From Candidatus Poribacteria bacterium (GTDB lineage Bacteria; Poribacteria; WGA-4E; WGA-3G), in NCBI GenBank assembly GCA_963665235.2, contig CAXXLX010000001.1:3488001-3552000 (forward strand): a stretch of 64,000 nt of DNA, given 5' to 3'. Each line of letters begins with the position of its first letter. The stretch's first letter is position 1. This document shows positions 48,487-58,410 of the stretch, piece by piece. The notes under the pieces are model-generated. The model did no database searches. It saw nothing but the letters and a program-made list of their open reading frames with translations, and was not told the origin of the DNA. Position numbers and translations under genes: made by a program.

Positions 48487-50256
48487 TTATTGGGTTTCTA
48501 CAATTGTTGCGTCAAAGAGTGCAAGCACCGGTCTCAGCTGTTCATCCTCCGCGGCTTGCCGTCTACGCATCATTGGGGTTGTTCTCATCTCTTTTTCAGA
48601 TGTTTCGGAGCTCTCCTTGGTTTGTGCAATGCCTTCCTGTTTAACAAGTTTAACGTCTATCGTTTCGCCAACGATTTTTGTAAAAGCGGTATTGATAATT
48701 TGTTTCGCTTCATCGTTCGCCAATTCGTCAAACATTGTTGGGGAGCACGCGATTTTAATCTGATTGTGGCCGTTTAGCACTGGCACTGCATCCTTAAACA
48801 GTACATAGTTTAGCTTTGCCGGGAGTTGCGGTCTCACCTCTTTTTCCCAAATAGACTCCAACTCGGTCGTTAAATCCCGGACGCTTTGGGGCTCGGATGC
48901 GACCGTGTTTGGGACAGCCTCATTCGGTTCCGGCACGGCTTGCTGGTCGGAATGAGACACAGTGCCTGAGGTGGATGGCTCCCGGGGGGTGTATGCGATT
49001 TCGCTAGGAGGTACCACCGTTTCCCGCGTGTAGGGCTCCGGGAGTGTAGCCTGCGCCACCGATTCTGATGCTACAGCGGCACTGTCAATTTTCTGCTCTA
49101 AGGCCACCAATTTATTGACAATTTCCTCAAGTTGAATTCCCTCTTTAAGTGAGTTGAGCTGAATCAGTGCGTTTTCAAGTTGCAGTTGCGGGTACCCGTA
49201 CTGTTTGATGTCACTGTTAGTGTGCATCAAGATTTTGATAATTCGGGAGAGCCGGTCTACTGAAATCTGTTGTGCTTTCTGCTTGAGCGCGGGTAGCTCA
49301 GATTTTGGGCTCTGGATAAGGTCATCTAGCGTATTGTCAATTGTGAGGAGCCGGATGTCCCGAAAATAGGCAATCAGTTGATGAAGGCATTGGACTAAAT
49401 TGGTGCCCTGTTTAGAAAGTTTGTTTAAGGTTACCAGCCCGTTAGTGAGGTTCCGCTCGCCAATTGCTTCGGTCAGTTCGTGAAGGAGAAAGCTGGAGCT
49501 GAGCCCGAGCGTTTCTTCAACAGCGGACACCGTCAAATTTTTTCCAGCGGAGGCAACCAATCGTTCTAGGAGGTTTTCGGCATCCCGAAGGCAGCCTTCA
49601 GATTGGCGAGCGATGAGTGAGAAAACCTCACCTTCTGCTGAAATATCTTCATCGTCGGATATGAGTTGTAAACGTGCGGTTATCTGCTCAGGAGTTAGGT
49701 GCCGGAAGTCAAAATCTTGACAACGCGAGGTGATGGTTTTCGGAATTTTTCCGTGCTCGGTAGTCGCCATAATGAAAATGACATGCGGGGGAGGCTCTTC
49801 AAGTGTTTTTAAAAGCGCGTTGAACCCATCGGTCGTCAACATGTGAACTTCATCGATGATATAAACCTTATACTTACAAGCTGCGGGGGAGAGTTTGACG
49901 TTTTCACGGAGGTCACGGATTGTGTCAATTCCGCGATTGGAAGCAGCGTCCATCTCTATTACATCAAACGAGGTCCCATCTGAAATGTCCTTACAGAAGA
50001 CGCACGCGTTGCACGGTTCTGCAACGGTGACAGGCCCTAAGTCGGTGTCTTGTGTGCGATTCGGACAGTTGACAGCTTTGGCAAAGAGCCGCGCGACTGT
50101 CGTTTTCCCAGTGCCTCTCGGTCCCCAGAAAAGGTAGGCGTGGCCGAGGCGTTCGGACCGAATTTGGTTTTGTAGCGTGGTAGTCACGTGTGCTTGTCCA
50201 ACAACATCGCGGAAGTATTGAGGGCGCCATTTTTGGGCAAAGACTTCATAAGACAT
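48487..50256 (-). CDS. dnaX: DNA polymerase III subunit gamma/tau
   Basis: KWRP, GPRGTGKTT, DAASNRG, IIDEVHML, SRC. Confidence 0.98.
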   Translation of the reverse strand: MSYEVFAQKWRPQYFRDVVGQAHVTTTLQNQIRSERLGHAYLFWGPRGTGKTTVARLFAKAVNCPNRTQDTDLGPVTVAEPCNACVFCKDISDGTSFDVIEMDAASNRGIDTIRDLRENVKLSPAACKYKVYIIDEVHMLTTDGFNALLKTLEEPPPHVIFIMATTEHGKIPKTITSRCQDFDFRHLTPEQITARLQLISDDEDISAEGEVFSLIARQSEGCLRDAENLLERLVASAGKNLTVSAVEETLGLSSSFLLHELTEAIGERNLTNGLVTLNKLSKQGTNLVQCLHQLIAYFRDIRLLTIDNTLDDLIQSPKSELPALKQKAQQISVDRLSRIIKILMHTNSDIKQYGYPQLQLENALIQLNSLKEGIQLEEIVNKLVALEQKIDSAAVASESVAQATLPEPYTRETVVPPSEIAYTPREPSTSGTVSHSDQQAVPEPNEAVPNTVASEPQSVRDLTTELESIWEKEVRPQLPAKLNYVLFKDAVPVLNGHNQIKIACSPTMFDELANDEAKQIINTAFTKIVGETIDVKLVKQEGIAQTKESSETSEKEMRTTPMMRRRQAAEDEQLRPVLALFDATIVETQ

Positions 50257-50398
50257 GCGAAAACCTTAGAGGGACAGAGATAGAAATTTACTCTCACTAC
50301 GATGGCGAGGTAGTATGAACGTTCCAATCCAAATATTACCTATATTAAATAGGCAGGACGTACCACAACACCCCACCTCTACACTCAGGCAGTGGATA

Positions 50399-50671
50399 CT
50401 GGCTATGCACCCGGGGTTGACAAGCCTTTCCAAGCGTTGCCCATGTCGTTGGCTCCGGCCAGGCTACCTTGCGTCACACTATAAAACTTATCTGCCGCTG
50501 CTTCTTTCCAGACCTGACGGGGTTCAACAAGCTATAGTTGCTCAAGACCCAGCCTTCAACGCTACGTGCATGGGACAGTCCTTACAAAGACAGGCCGCAT
50601 ACCGGGAATTCAGTCCTGCTATAGCGGATTGCAGGTGCAGGGCACCGCTACCTCCCCACCTAGCATAACCA
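50399..50671 (-). ncRNA. ffs: signal recognition particle RNA, large (Alu-domain) type
   Basis: Minus strand GGGGAGGTAGCGGTGCCCTG..CCTGCAATCCGCT Alu domain; CCCCGTCAGGTCTGGAAAGAAGCAGCGG helix 8; 5'/3' end pairing; upstream of dnaX. Confidence 0.93.
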
Positions 50672-50699
50672 AGCTGTTAAATGTATTTATCGGATGTTA

Positions 50700-51135
50700 T
50701 ACCATTTTTATTAATTATTCTATCATTACCGGTTGTTAGAAATGAAACAAAGAACGGAAGACCCAAACTGGAAGTTTATGCTACAATAAAGCACACAAAC
50801 TGGAAGTTTATGCTACAATAAAGCACACAAACTGGAAGTTTATGCTACAATAAAGCACACAAACTGGAAGTTTATGCTACAATAAAGCACACAAACTGGA
50901 AGTTTATGCTACAATAAAGCACACAAACTGGAAGTTTATGCTACAATAAAGCACACAAACTGGAAGTTTATGCTACAATAAAGCACACAAACTGGAAGTT
51001 TATGCTACAATAAAGCACACAAACTGGAAGTTTATGCTACAATAAAGCACACAAACTGGAAGTTTATGCTACAATAAAGCACACAAACTAAAAGTTTATG
51101 CTACAATAAAGAGACATTTTCAATTAGAAATGGTA
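50700..51135. mobile_element. MITE family A (inverted) with 11 tandem 32-nt REP units
   Basis: TACCATTT TIRs; TSD TTA. Confidence 0.92.
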
Positions 51136-51186
51136 TTAGATAGTTCCGACAATAGGCGGTACGGCTGGCGTACCGCAACAAAAAAA

Positions 51187-51278
51187 TGGCGGAGAGAGTG
51201 GGATTCGAACCCACGGTACTGCTTAACAGCACACATGATTTCCAGTCATGCCAGTTCAACCAACTCCTGCATCTCTCC
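51187..51278 (-). tRNA. tRNA-Ser(GGA)
   Basis: Cloverleaf with long variable arm; anticodon loop CT-GGA-AA; CCA encoded. Confidence 0.95.
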
Positions 51279-51341
51279 GATACGCTCCGGTAGGGAGCAC
51301 ATACTGCGCATCACCCTACAAATATCTCTAAGAAAATGGAA

Positions 51342-51414
51342 TGGAGCAGACGGGAGTTGAACCCGTGACCTCATCCGTGCGAGGGATGCGCTCTCCCAAC
51401 TGAGCTACTGCCCC
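51342..51414 (-). tRNA. tRNA-Ala(CGC)
   Basis: GGGGCAG acceptor with G3:U70; loop CT-CGC-AC. Confidence 0.95.
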
Positions 51415-51448
51415 AAAAACTTCGAAAACGGACGCTAGAAAAATTCAA

Positions 51449-51533
51449 CGGAGAGAGTGGGATTCGAACCCACGGTGACTTGCGCCACAACAGTTTTCGA
51501 GACTGTCCAGTTCAACCACTCCTGCATCTCTCC
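51449..51533 (-). tRNA. tRNA-Ser(CGA)
   Basis: Loop CT-CGA-AA; long variable arm. Confidence 0.95.
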
Positions 51534-51567
51534 CTAGTGTTATAGAAGACTTTGGATTTTTTAGGTA

Positions 51568-52017
51568 TTAACGTCGTTCCATAAAAAAAGATTTCAATAA
51601 CGTGCTGCTCTCTTCTGCTAAAATACCGCTTACCAATTCGACTTGATGGTTCAATCGTTCATCTTGAAGGATGTTGTAGAGGCTGCCTGCGGCTCCCGAT
51701 TTCGGATCGGATGTAGCATAAACAACCCGCGGAATACGGGCAAGAACTATCGCCCCTGCACACATTGGACACGGCTCCAAGGTGACATATAGGGTCGTAT
51801 CGCTCAAACGCCAGTCGCCAATTTTTTGGGAAGCAGTCTGTATCGCCAGTATTTCGGCGTGTGCAATAGGATTGCCGGAATGCTCCCGCAGATTATGGGC
51901 AGCAGCGAGTTGCATATCTGCTTTCACAATGACTGCACCGACAGGCACTTCACCCTTCTTCCCTGCTTGTTGTGCTAATTCGAGGGCTTGCCCCATCCAA
52001 AAGGAATCGATGTCCAA
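51568..52017 (-). CDS. tadA: tRNA adenosine(34) deaminase
   Basis: EVPVGAV, HAE, TLEPCPMC, LNH. Confidence 0.97.
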   Translation of the reverse strand: MDIDSFWMGQALELAQQAGKKGEVPVGAVIVKADMQLAAAHNLREHSGNPIAHAEILAIQTASQKIGDWRLSDTTLYVTLEPCPMCAGAIVLARIPRVVYATSDPKSGAAGSLYNILQDERLNHQVELVSGILAEESSTLLKSFFMERR

Positions 52018-52082
52018 TTTTTCTGCCTTTGTCCATACCCATGCAAAATGTGCATGGGTGCCAACCCGGGTGTAATTGAGAA

Positions 52083-52156
52083 AGCGCCTGAGAGGATTCG
52101 AACCCCCGCCCTTCTGATCCGTAGTCAGATGCTCTAATCCACTGAGCTACAGGCGC
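52083..52156 (-). tRNA. tRNA-Arg(ACG)
   Basis: Loop CT-ACG-GA; canonical cloverleaf. Confidence 0.95.
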
Positions 52157-52168
52157 GCCTTCAAAAAA

Positions 52169-52253
52169 CGGAGAGGGTGGGATTCGAACCCACGATGACT
52201 TACGCCATAACTGCTTAGCAGGCAGTCCAGTTCAACCACTCCTGCACCTCTCC
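52169..52253 (-). tRNA. tRNA-Ser(GCT)
   Basis: Loop CT-GCT-AA; long variable arm. Confidence 0.95.
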
Positions 52254-52270
52254 CTATTTAATTTAAACGA

Positions 52271-52358
52271 TGGCGGTGGGAGTAGGATTCGAACCCACGG
52301 TGACTTGCGCCACAACGGTTTTCAAGACCGCCGCTTTCGTCCACTCAGCCATCCCACC
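52271..52358 (-). tRNA. tRNA-Ser(TGA)
   Basis: Loop CT-TGA-AA; CCA encoded. Confidence 0.95.
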
Positions 52359-52382
52359 AATCTTTTCCATTTACTGCTTTTA

Positions 52383-52411
52383 ATTATAACACAAATTAAA
52401 CGGTTTGTCAA
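52383..52411 (-). promoter_or_regulatory. consensus sigma70 promoter of the tRNA-tadA operon
   Basis: Minus strand TTGACA-N17-TATAAT, 25 nt upstream of the first tRNA. Confidence 0.85.
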
Positions 52412-52563
52412 GCAAATCGACGCAAATATTTAAAAAAATTCGGGACAGACGCAAATTGATAGTGCAAACGTTTGTGGTAAGAGGTTTGGACTTTGTGTTA
52501 CGGAGACCTTCGGAAAATACCCACCTCTATGTTTGCAATTTTCAGGGTGTACGGCCCAAAAAA

Positions 52564-53223
52564 TTAAGTTTCGCTATCCCATTCCAAGGGCTGGTTTTCC
52601 AAATAGGGACGTAGCAGAATTCGGAGCCGACGGTGCGCATGATGTAGATGCGTTTTAACCGTTCCCTCCGAGCGGTCTAAGAGGGAAGCAATCTCTTTAA
52701 TTTGCATCTCACGTCCGTAGCGAAGTCTGAAAACCCGCTGCTGCTTCGGTGGCAACTGCTCGATGGCTTTACAGATAATATGCCCCAGCTCCTTCTGGAC
52801 AATTAGTTCTGAAGGGGATGGTTGCGTATCCGGGATCGGTAACTCATCATCGCCATCCGGGGTTAACTCCTCAAATGCTACCGTTTTATGTTTTTTCTGC
52901 TGGCGTAAAAAATCGATACAGCAATTTACCGCGATACGGTAAAGCCAGCTATAGAAGGCCGACTCACGTTTGAAGTTCGGCAATGCCTTGAAGGCTTTTA
53001 GGAAAACCTCTTGGCAAAGGTCTTTTGTCGTTTCCGCGTCATGTATATGTTTGTAAACGAGATTCGCAATCCGCTTCTGATATTTAAGCATGAGGGTGTT
53101 AAACGCCTGTTTATCGCCATTCTGGAACCGGGTTAACACCTCCTGCTCGTCGATAAACTCAAGTTCATCAGCAGATGGAAAATCTATGAGGTATGTTGTA
53201 TCTGACATGCTAATTTTCTCCAT
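52564..53223 (-). CDS. ECF sigma-70 factor (RpoE-like, standalone)
   Basis: QEVFLKAF, FYSWLYRIAVN, EIA...GTVKTHLH. Confidence 0.93.
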   Translation of the reverse strand: MEKISMSDTTYLIDFPSADELEFIDEQEVLTRFQNGDKQAFNTLMLKYQKRIANLVYKHIHDAETTKDLCQEVFLKAFKALPNFKRESAFYSWLYRIAVNCCIDFLRQQKKHKTVAFEELTPDGDDELPIPDTQPSPSELIVQKELGHIICKAIEQLPPKQQRVFRLRYGREMQIKEIASLLDRSEGTVKTHLHHAHRRLRILLRPYLENQPLEWDSET

Positions 53224-53378
53224 TATGCAGCGCGAACGCCGTTTTAAGTGAAGGGGCTGTCCAAAAAAACTTTAATTTAAATTTATACACCTTTCGGCAG
53301 AAAAAGTTCCATTTTTATATTGTTAGACATGTTTATCCGTTTTTTGTTCATTTTTTTCCCCTTTTCCCCCCTTTCCAC

Positions 53379-53865
53379 GGGTGTGTAAAGTTTTTGTACA
53401 AGTAGGACTTACGCATTCCCCTCCGCTCCTCTACTAGCGGGATATCGGTATTAGTCCCATAGGGACGATATATTTATAGAAACTGCTGCTTCTTTACGCC
53501 CGAATGCCCGTAAATATTTTGTACTTATGTGTCAATAATGCAGAAAACACGCTAAACCTCCAATCACAAAACTTCGATTGTTACGCAGATTAAAATCCGC
53601 GTAATCCGATAAATCCGCGATAATCCGAGATTCTGACAAAAAACGCAATACCCATAATCACAAAACTTTGATTGTTACACATGGGACAATCCGCGAAATC
53701 TGTGTAATCCCCGATAATTTGTGATTTGCGGCGTACTCGCCCAAATGCGCCGTGCCTTCAGACAACATACACGCTAAATCCCCTCTTCCATTCTTCTTCT
53801 CTTCCACCCTTCCAATCTTCCATCCTTCCACCTATCCCTTGGTCCTCCAAAAACTTTACGCCCCC
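53379..53865. mobile_element. composite MITE with IS256-like ends
   Basis: 18-bp imperfect TIR GGGTGTGTAAAGTTTTTG / CAAAAACTTTACGCCCCC; 9-bp TSD CCTTTCCAC; no ORF. Confidence 0.8.
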
Positions 53866-53970
53866 CCTTTCCACGCGATTTGCGAAAATCCGGTATTTCT
53901 GATAAAATAGACAGTAGGTCAAAAGTCAGGCGGCATTATTTTCATCGTTTTTTCAACCGTTCTCTTCTAA

Positions 53971-54182
53971 TACCATTTCTAATTGGAAATGTCTCTTTAT
54001 TGTAGCATAAACTTCCAGTTTGTGCACTTTCTTGTAGCATAAACTTCCAGTTTGGGCACTTTATTGTAGCATAAACTTCCAGTTTGGGCACTTTATTGTA
54101 GCATAAACTTCCAGTTTGTGTCTTCCGTTCTCCGTTTGATTTCTAACAACCGGTAATGATAGAATAATTAATAAAAATGGTA
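53971..54182. mobile_element. MITE family A with 4 REP units
   Basis: TACCATTT TIRs; TSD TAA. Confidence 0.92.
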
Positions 54183-54270
54183 TAATATAGAGAGCGGGCT
54201 GTGTTCGCGCCTGGCGGTTCAAATTAGGTAAAATTAGATGGAAGAAAACGGAACGAACTCCACAAACGAA

Positions 54271-54475
54271 GTCAATAACCCCCCGCTAAAGCATGGGGGC
54301 TTGTGCGAACCGCCTGCCAAGCGGTCACTCCACAAGTTAAACCGTTGACTACAGTAATATATCGGGTATTCTTAGCGTGGCAGCTAACAAGATGTTTCAG
54401 ATGCTCCCCAAGTCTGAATCCCCTCTGAATACCTGATCTGGATGGGGAAACATATACCCGAAAGGAGAAAACAAA
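54271..54475 (+). ncRNA. omegaRNA scaffold (guide about 54251-54270)
   Basis: Matches the scaffold of copy 1. Confidence 0.8.
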
Positions 54476-54478
54476 CTT

Positions 54479-55531
54479 ATGTTTGTGCCAGTCAAAACGA
54501 AAGAGGGTGAACGATTGATGCCGATGCATGCTGCACGTGCAAGGAAACTTGTCAAACGCGGTGAAGCAACGCCTTATTGGAACAACGGTGTCTATTGTGT
54601 CCGTCTCAACAAAGAACCGAGTGACCGTGAGAAACAAGACATCGTAGTCGGTGTGGATCCTGGCTCTAAGAAAGAGGGTTTCACCGTAAAATCTAAGCGT
54701 CACACGTATCTGAACGTGCAAGCCGATGCACATAGCAAAGTCGGCAAGAAGGTTGAGAAAAGACGTGAGTTGAGGCGTAGCCGCAGAGCGCGTAAATGTC
54801 CAAATCGGAAGAACCGCAAGAATAAAGGTGCTAACAAAAAGAAGATTCCCGCAGGCACGCGTGCCCGTTGGGATTGGAAACTGCGGATATTAGATTGGTT
54901 GTCTAACCTCTATCCTGTTACACACGTCTGTGTTGAGGATATTAAGGCGCGGACAAAACAGTATCAAAAGCGGTGGAATCAGGCCTTTAGTCCTTTGGAA
55001 GTGGGAAAGCATTGGTTCTATTCAGAGGTAGAAAAGCGATGGGAACTCCTAACATTACAAGGGTTTGAAACCAAAGAGATACGCGAGCGGCTTGGTCTCA
55101 ACAAGTCGTCAAAGAAGTTAGCTGAAACCTTTGAGGCACATTGCGTTGATAGCTGGTGCTTGGCCTATCACACCATTGGCGGTTTAGAGATACCCGACAA
55201 TACCGATATATTCTGTATCTCACCAATACCGATACGCAGGCGACAACTCCACAGACAAAATCCGCAGAAAGGTGGCAATCGGCCGCGATATGGTGGCACC
55301 TTATTAGGCGATGGACTTGTTAAAAGCACATTGATAAAGCACGACAAATATGGACTCACACGTCCGAGGTCCCACCGAGGACATCCTATTGCGGGTGTTA
55401 ATGCGAAAGGCCTATTCTCTGTCTATTCAAAAGATGGACAACGGTTAACAACGGGTGCGAAACGCACAGATTTTCAAGTGCTAACACGCTTGAACTTTCA
55501 ATATAGGAGCGGTGTTTCCTCCCCCGCATAA
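54479..55531 (+). CDS. isrB: IsrB RNA-guided nickase
   Basis: 350 aa; RLMP (PLMP-like) motif; RuvC D/E/H/D residues intact; no HNH. Confidence 0.88.
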   Translation: MFVPVKTKEGERLMPMHAARARKLVKRGEATPYWNNGVYCVRLNKEPSDREKQDIVVGVDPGSKKEGFTVKSKRHTYLNVQADAHSKVGKKVEKRRELRRSRRARKCPNRKNRKNKGANKKKIPAGTRARWDWKLRILDWLSNLYPVTHVCVEDIKARTKQYQKRWNQAFSPLEVGKHWFYSEVEKRWELLTLQGFETKEIRERLGLNKSSKKLAETFEAHCVDSWCLAYHTIGGLEIPDNTDIFCISPIPIRRRQLHRQNPQKGGNRPRYGGTLLGDGLVKSTLIKHDKYGLTRPRSHRGHPIAGVNAKGLFSVYSKDGQRLTTGAKRTDFQVLTRLNFQYRSGVSSPA

Positions 55532-55561
55532 ATGCTGGGGGTCTCCACACCGAATATTTTG

Positions 55562-57175
55562 ATGAATCAAAGTGTGACCCGGGCAGCTGGGGTTGTAAGT
55601 CTTGCAGTGATGGGGTCACGGGTGTTAGGGCTTGCCCGAGAGGTCGCCATCCTGTATTATTTTCAGACGAAGTTCGGGGCAGCCGCCTACCATCTCGCGT
55701 TTCGCATCCCGAATTTCCTGCGCGACCTGTTCGGTGAGGGTATCTTGAGCAAGGCGTTTATTACGACATTCCTTGCGGCGGAAGCAGAAGAGGGGGAGGC
55801 GGCGGCATGGAATCTTGCAAACCGCATCTTTAATCTGATAGCCCTTATCCTAGTAGGTGTGGTGGGGCTCGGTATCGTTTTCGCACCCGCTATCGTTGAT
55901 GTCCTGGCCCGTGAGGATTTCGACGAGCAATTAAATAACGTTGAACATTACGGATTTGACAGTAAAGTTGAATTGACAATCTATTTGACGCAACTGATGT
56001 TTCCGTACCTATTCCTCGTTTCGCTTGCAGCGATAGCGATGGGATTATTGAACAGTAAAGGTAAATTCGGTATCCCCGCGTGTGCTTCCTCCTTCTTTAA
56101 TCTGTGCTCGCTTGTCGTTGGTATCAGCGGTTATTACGTCTGTCGATGGCTCGGAATTCATCCGACAACAGGAATGGCAGTAGGGGTCATTGTGGGAGGT
56201 ATTGCTCAATTTGGAATTCAGGTGCCCTCCATGTACCGAGTCGGTTTTCGGTATCGTCCACTCTTGAGCCTACGGCATCCGAGGGTACGCCAAATGCTGC
56301 AATTGCTTGGGCCTTCGGTGTTAGGTGTGGCAGCGGTGCAGGTGAATCAACTGACAAATACGTGGTTTATTACCTCAGGCGATGAATGGTTACCGTGGAT
56401 TAACAGTGCCTATCGTATAATGCACCTGCCGTTGGGTATATTTGGCGTGGCGATTTCGACGGTGGCACTGCCGCAACTTGTGAAATTCGCTACTGTGGGT
56501 GATACGGACAACTTTCGCGCCGCTTTCTCTTACGCCCTCCGTTTAATGTTAACTGTAATCCTTCCCGCATCAATTGGATTGATGGTATTGGCAGAACCGA
56601 TTTGTCGGTTGCTTTATGAGCACGGGGCATTCACGGAGGGGGATACAATTGCAGCCGCTGGTGCTCTGTTCGTTTACGCCTTCGGGTTGTGCGGTTTCGC
56701 GGCTCTCAAGCTTGTGACGGATGGATTTTATGCATATAAAGATATCCGTGCGCCAGTTATCGTCAGCATTTGTGCGGTAGTCCTCAACATCGGTTTGAAC
56801 TATCTGTTTATCTATCGCGGGCTCCTGTTCGAACATTGGGCAATTGTGCTTTCAACTGTTTTTACCGTGACGCTGAACTTTTTAGTTTTGCTCCTGCTGC
56901 TCCGACGTAAGGTTGGACGGTTGAATTTGCGACCGCTCCTTCCGATGGCATTCAAGGTTTTGATGGCTTCGATTGTGATGGGATTTATCTGCTGGATAAC
57001 AAATGGAGTCGTTGAAAAGGATTGGCTCGGCACAGAAGGTATTCTACCACGCGCCCTAGGTGTATTCACCCCCATCGGATTCGGTCTGCTGACATTGGCG
57101 GGGATGTATAAGTTCTTGAGAATCACTGAGTTTGACGATATTTTGGAAATGTTTAAGCGGCGATTTCGGAATTGA
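55562..57175 (+). CDS. murJ: lipid II flippase MurJ (MviN); alternative start 55532 inside the element end
   Basis: SRVLGLARE, AFRIPNFLRDLFGEG, LPLGIFGVAISTVALP. Confidence 0.96.
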   Translation: MNQSVTRAAGVVSLAVMGSRVLGLAREVAILYYFQTKFGAAAYHLAFRIPNFLRDLFGEGILSKAFITTFLAAEAEEGEAAAWNLANRIFNLIALILVGVVGLGIVFAPAIVDVLAREDFDEQLNNVEHYGFDSKVELTIYLTQLMFPYLFLVSLAAIAMGLLNSKGKFGIPACASSFFNLCSLVVGISGYYVCRWLGIHPTTGMAVGVIVGGIAQFGIQVPSMYRVGFRYRPLLSLRHPRVRQMLQLLGPSVLGVAAVQVNQLTNTWFITSGDEWLPWINSAYRIMHLPLGIFGVAISTVALPQLVKFATVGDTDNFRAAFSYALRLMLTVILPASIGLMVLAEPICRLLYEHGAFTEGDTIAAAGALFVYAFGLCGFAALKLVTDGFYAYKDIRAPVIVSICAVVLNIGLNYLFIYRGLLFEHWAIVLSTVFTVTLNFLVLLLLLRRKVGRLNLRPLLPMAFKVLMASIVMGFICWITNGVVEKDWLGTEGILPRALGVFTPIGFGLLTLAGMYKFLRITEFDDILEMFKRRFRN

Positions 57176-57195
57176 TGACCTGTTAGAGACAAGTA

Positions 57196-57564
57196 CTAAA
57201 CTTTGGACAATTTTAGGGAGACACAATGTTCTTGTCAAACGGATAGGTGGAAGGGTGGAAGAATGGAAGGGTGGAAGCGGGGAAGCGGGTTTTGACGCGC
57301 GGCAGAGATAGGCTTAGCCTCACAATCCTCTTGCTAACTGCTAATGGTTTCCAACATTCTATAAACATTCCGCCCCGCTGGGGCTAGTTTGTGTTTTGTT
57401 TGTGTTTTCTATAAACATTCCGCCCCGCTGGGGAAACCGCACTTTGAAAAACCCATCGGCGGAAACCATTTTTCTCTTCTTTGTCCTTGTGTGAGGCACT
57501 TAGAGAAAAATCAGAGAGGCTTTGAAAGCGGGTATCCGGCTCACGGATATTGTCCAAACTATAG
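57196..57564. mobile_element. composite MITE (TIR CTAWASTTTGGACAAT)
   Basis: Imperfect 16-bp TIR; direct repeat AGACAAGTA on both flanks; related partial ends at ~23895-23978 and 45001. Confidence 0.75.
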
Positions 57565-57605
57565 AAGACAAGTACAGCAGGCAGGTTTTAAAAAGAGAGG
57601 AAAAT

Positions 57606-58385
57606 ATGCTAACCAAACGGGTAATTCCATGTTTAGACGTACGGGCGGGAAAAGTCACCAAAGGCATCGCTTTCAAAGGCAATGTTGATGTGGGTGACCC
57701 TGTCGAAATGGCACGGTTTTATTATGAAAGCGGTGCCGATGAACTTGTCTTTTACGACATCACCGCAAGCAACGAACGGAGAGATATTATGATTGATGTT
57801 GTCTCCGCTGTCGCTGCTGAAATTTTTATTCCGTTTTCTGTCGGCGGCGGGTTGCGGACGCTTGAGGATATGCGCCGCGTGCTACTTGCTGGCGCGGAGA
57901 AGGTGAGCATAGACTCCGGGGCAGTACGAAATCCTGATATTATTGCAGAAGGGGCACACGCCTTCGGTAGTCAATGTGTTGTCCTGAGCATGCAGGTCAA
58001 ACGCGTACCGAAAAGTGAACAGATTCCAAGCGGTTATGAAATCTATATCGACGGGGGACGGACACCGGTCGGTTGGGATGCACTGGCATGGTCCAAACGC
58101 GGCGTTGATTTAGGAGCAGGCGAGATTGTCGTCAATAGCATTGATGCTGATGGCACTAAAGCAGGGTATGAGTTGGCACTGACAGGCGCAATCGCTGAAT
58201 TGGTCTCGGTGCCAGTAATTGCCTCCGGGGGTGCAGGACATCCTCAACACCTATGCGATGTTTTTGTCCAAAGCAACGCGGATGCAGCGATTGTCGCCTC
58301 TATTACACACTACGGCGAATTTACGATTGAAAATATCAAAACCTATCTCGTGGATGAAGGTGTGAGTGTGCGCGATACCTGGTAG
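57606..58385 (+). CDS. hisF: imidazole glycerol phosphate synthase subunit HisF
   Basis: [42 protein letters not shown]. Confidence 0.98.
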   Translation: MLTKRVIPCLDVRAGKVTKGIAFKGNVDVGDPVEMARFYYESGADELVFYDITASNERRDIMIDVVSAVAAEIFIPFSVGGGLRTLEDMRRVLLAGAEKVSIDSGAVRNPDIIAEGAHAFGSQCVVLSMQVKRVPKSEQIPSGYEIYIDGGRTPVGWDALAWSKRGVDLGAGEIVVNSIDADGTKAGYELALTGAIAELVSVPVIASGGAGHPQHLCDVFVQSNADAAIVASITHYGEFTIENIKTYLVDEGVSVRDTW

Positions 58386-58410
58386 GGGCAGTAGACACGT
58401 AAGTATCAAA

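Larger units (their letters stand above)
54271..55561 (+). mobile_element. non-autonomous IS200/IS605 OMEGA element (isrB), copy 2, inserted in the murJ 5' end
   Basis: Near-identical to 1206-2502; followed by ATGA. Confidence 0.9.

Noticed and set aside
50315-50668. 117-aa ORF
   Set aside because: Antisense to the SRP RNA gene
54271-55561. IStron (group I intron-IS hybrid) explaining tolerance within murJ
   Set aside because: No room for, or motifs of, a group I core; the upstream exon ends in A here rather than the required U
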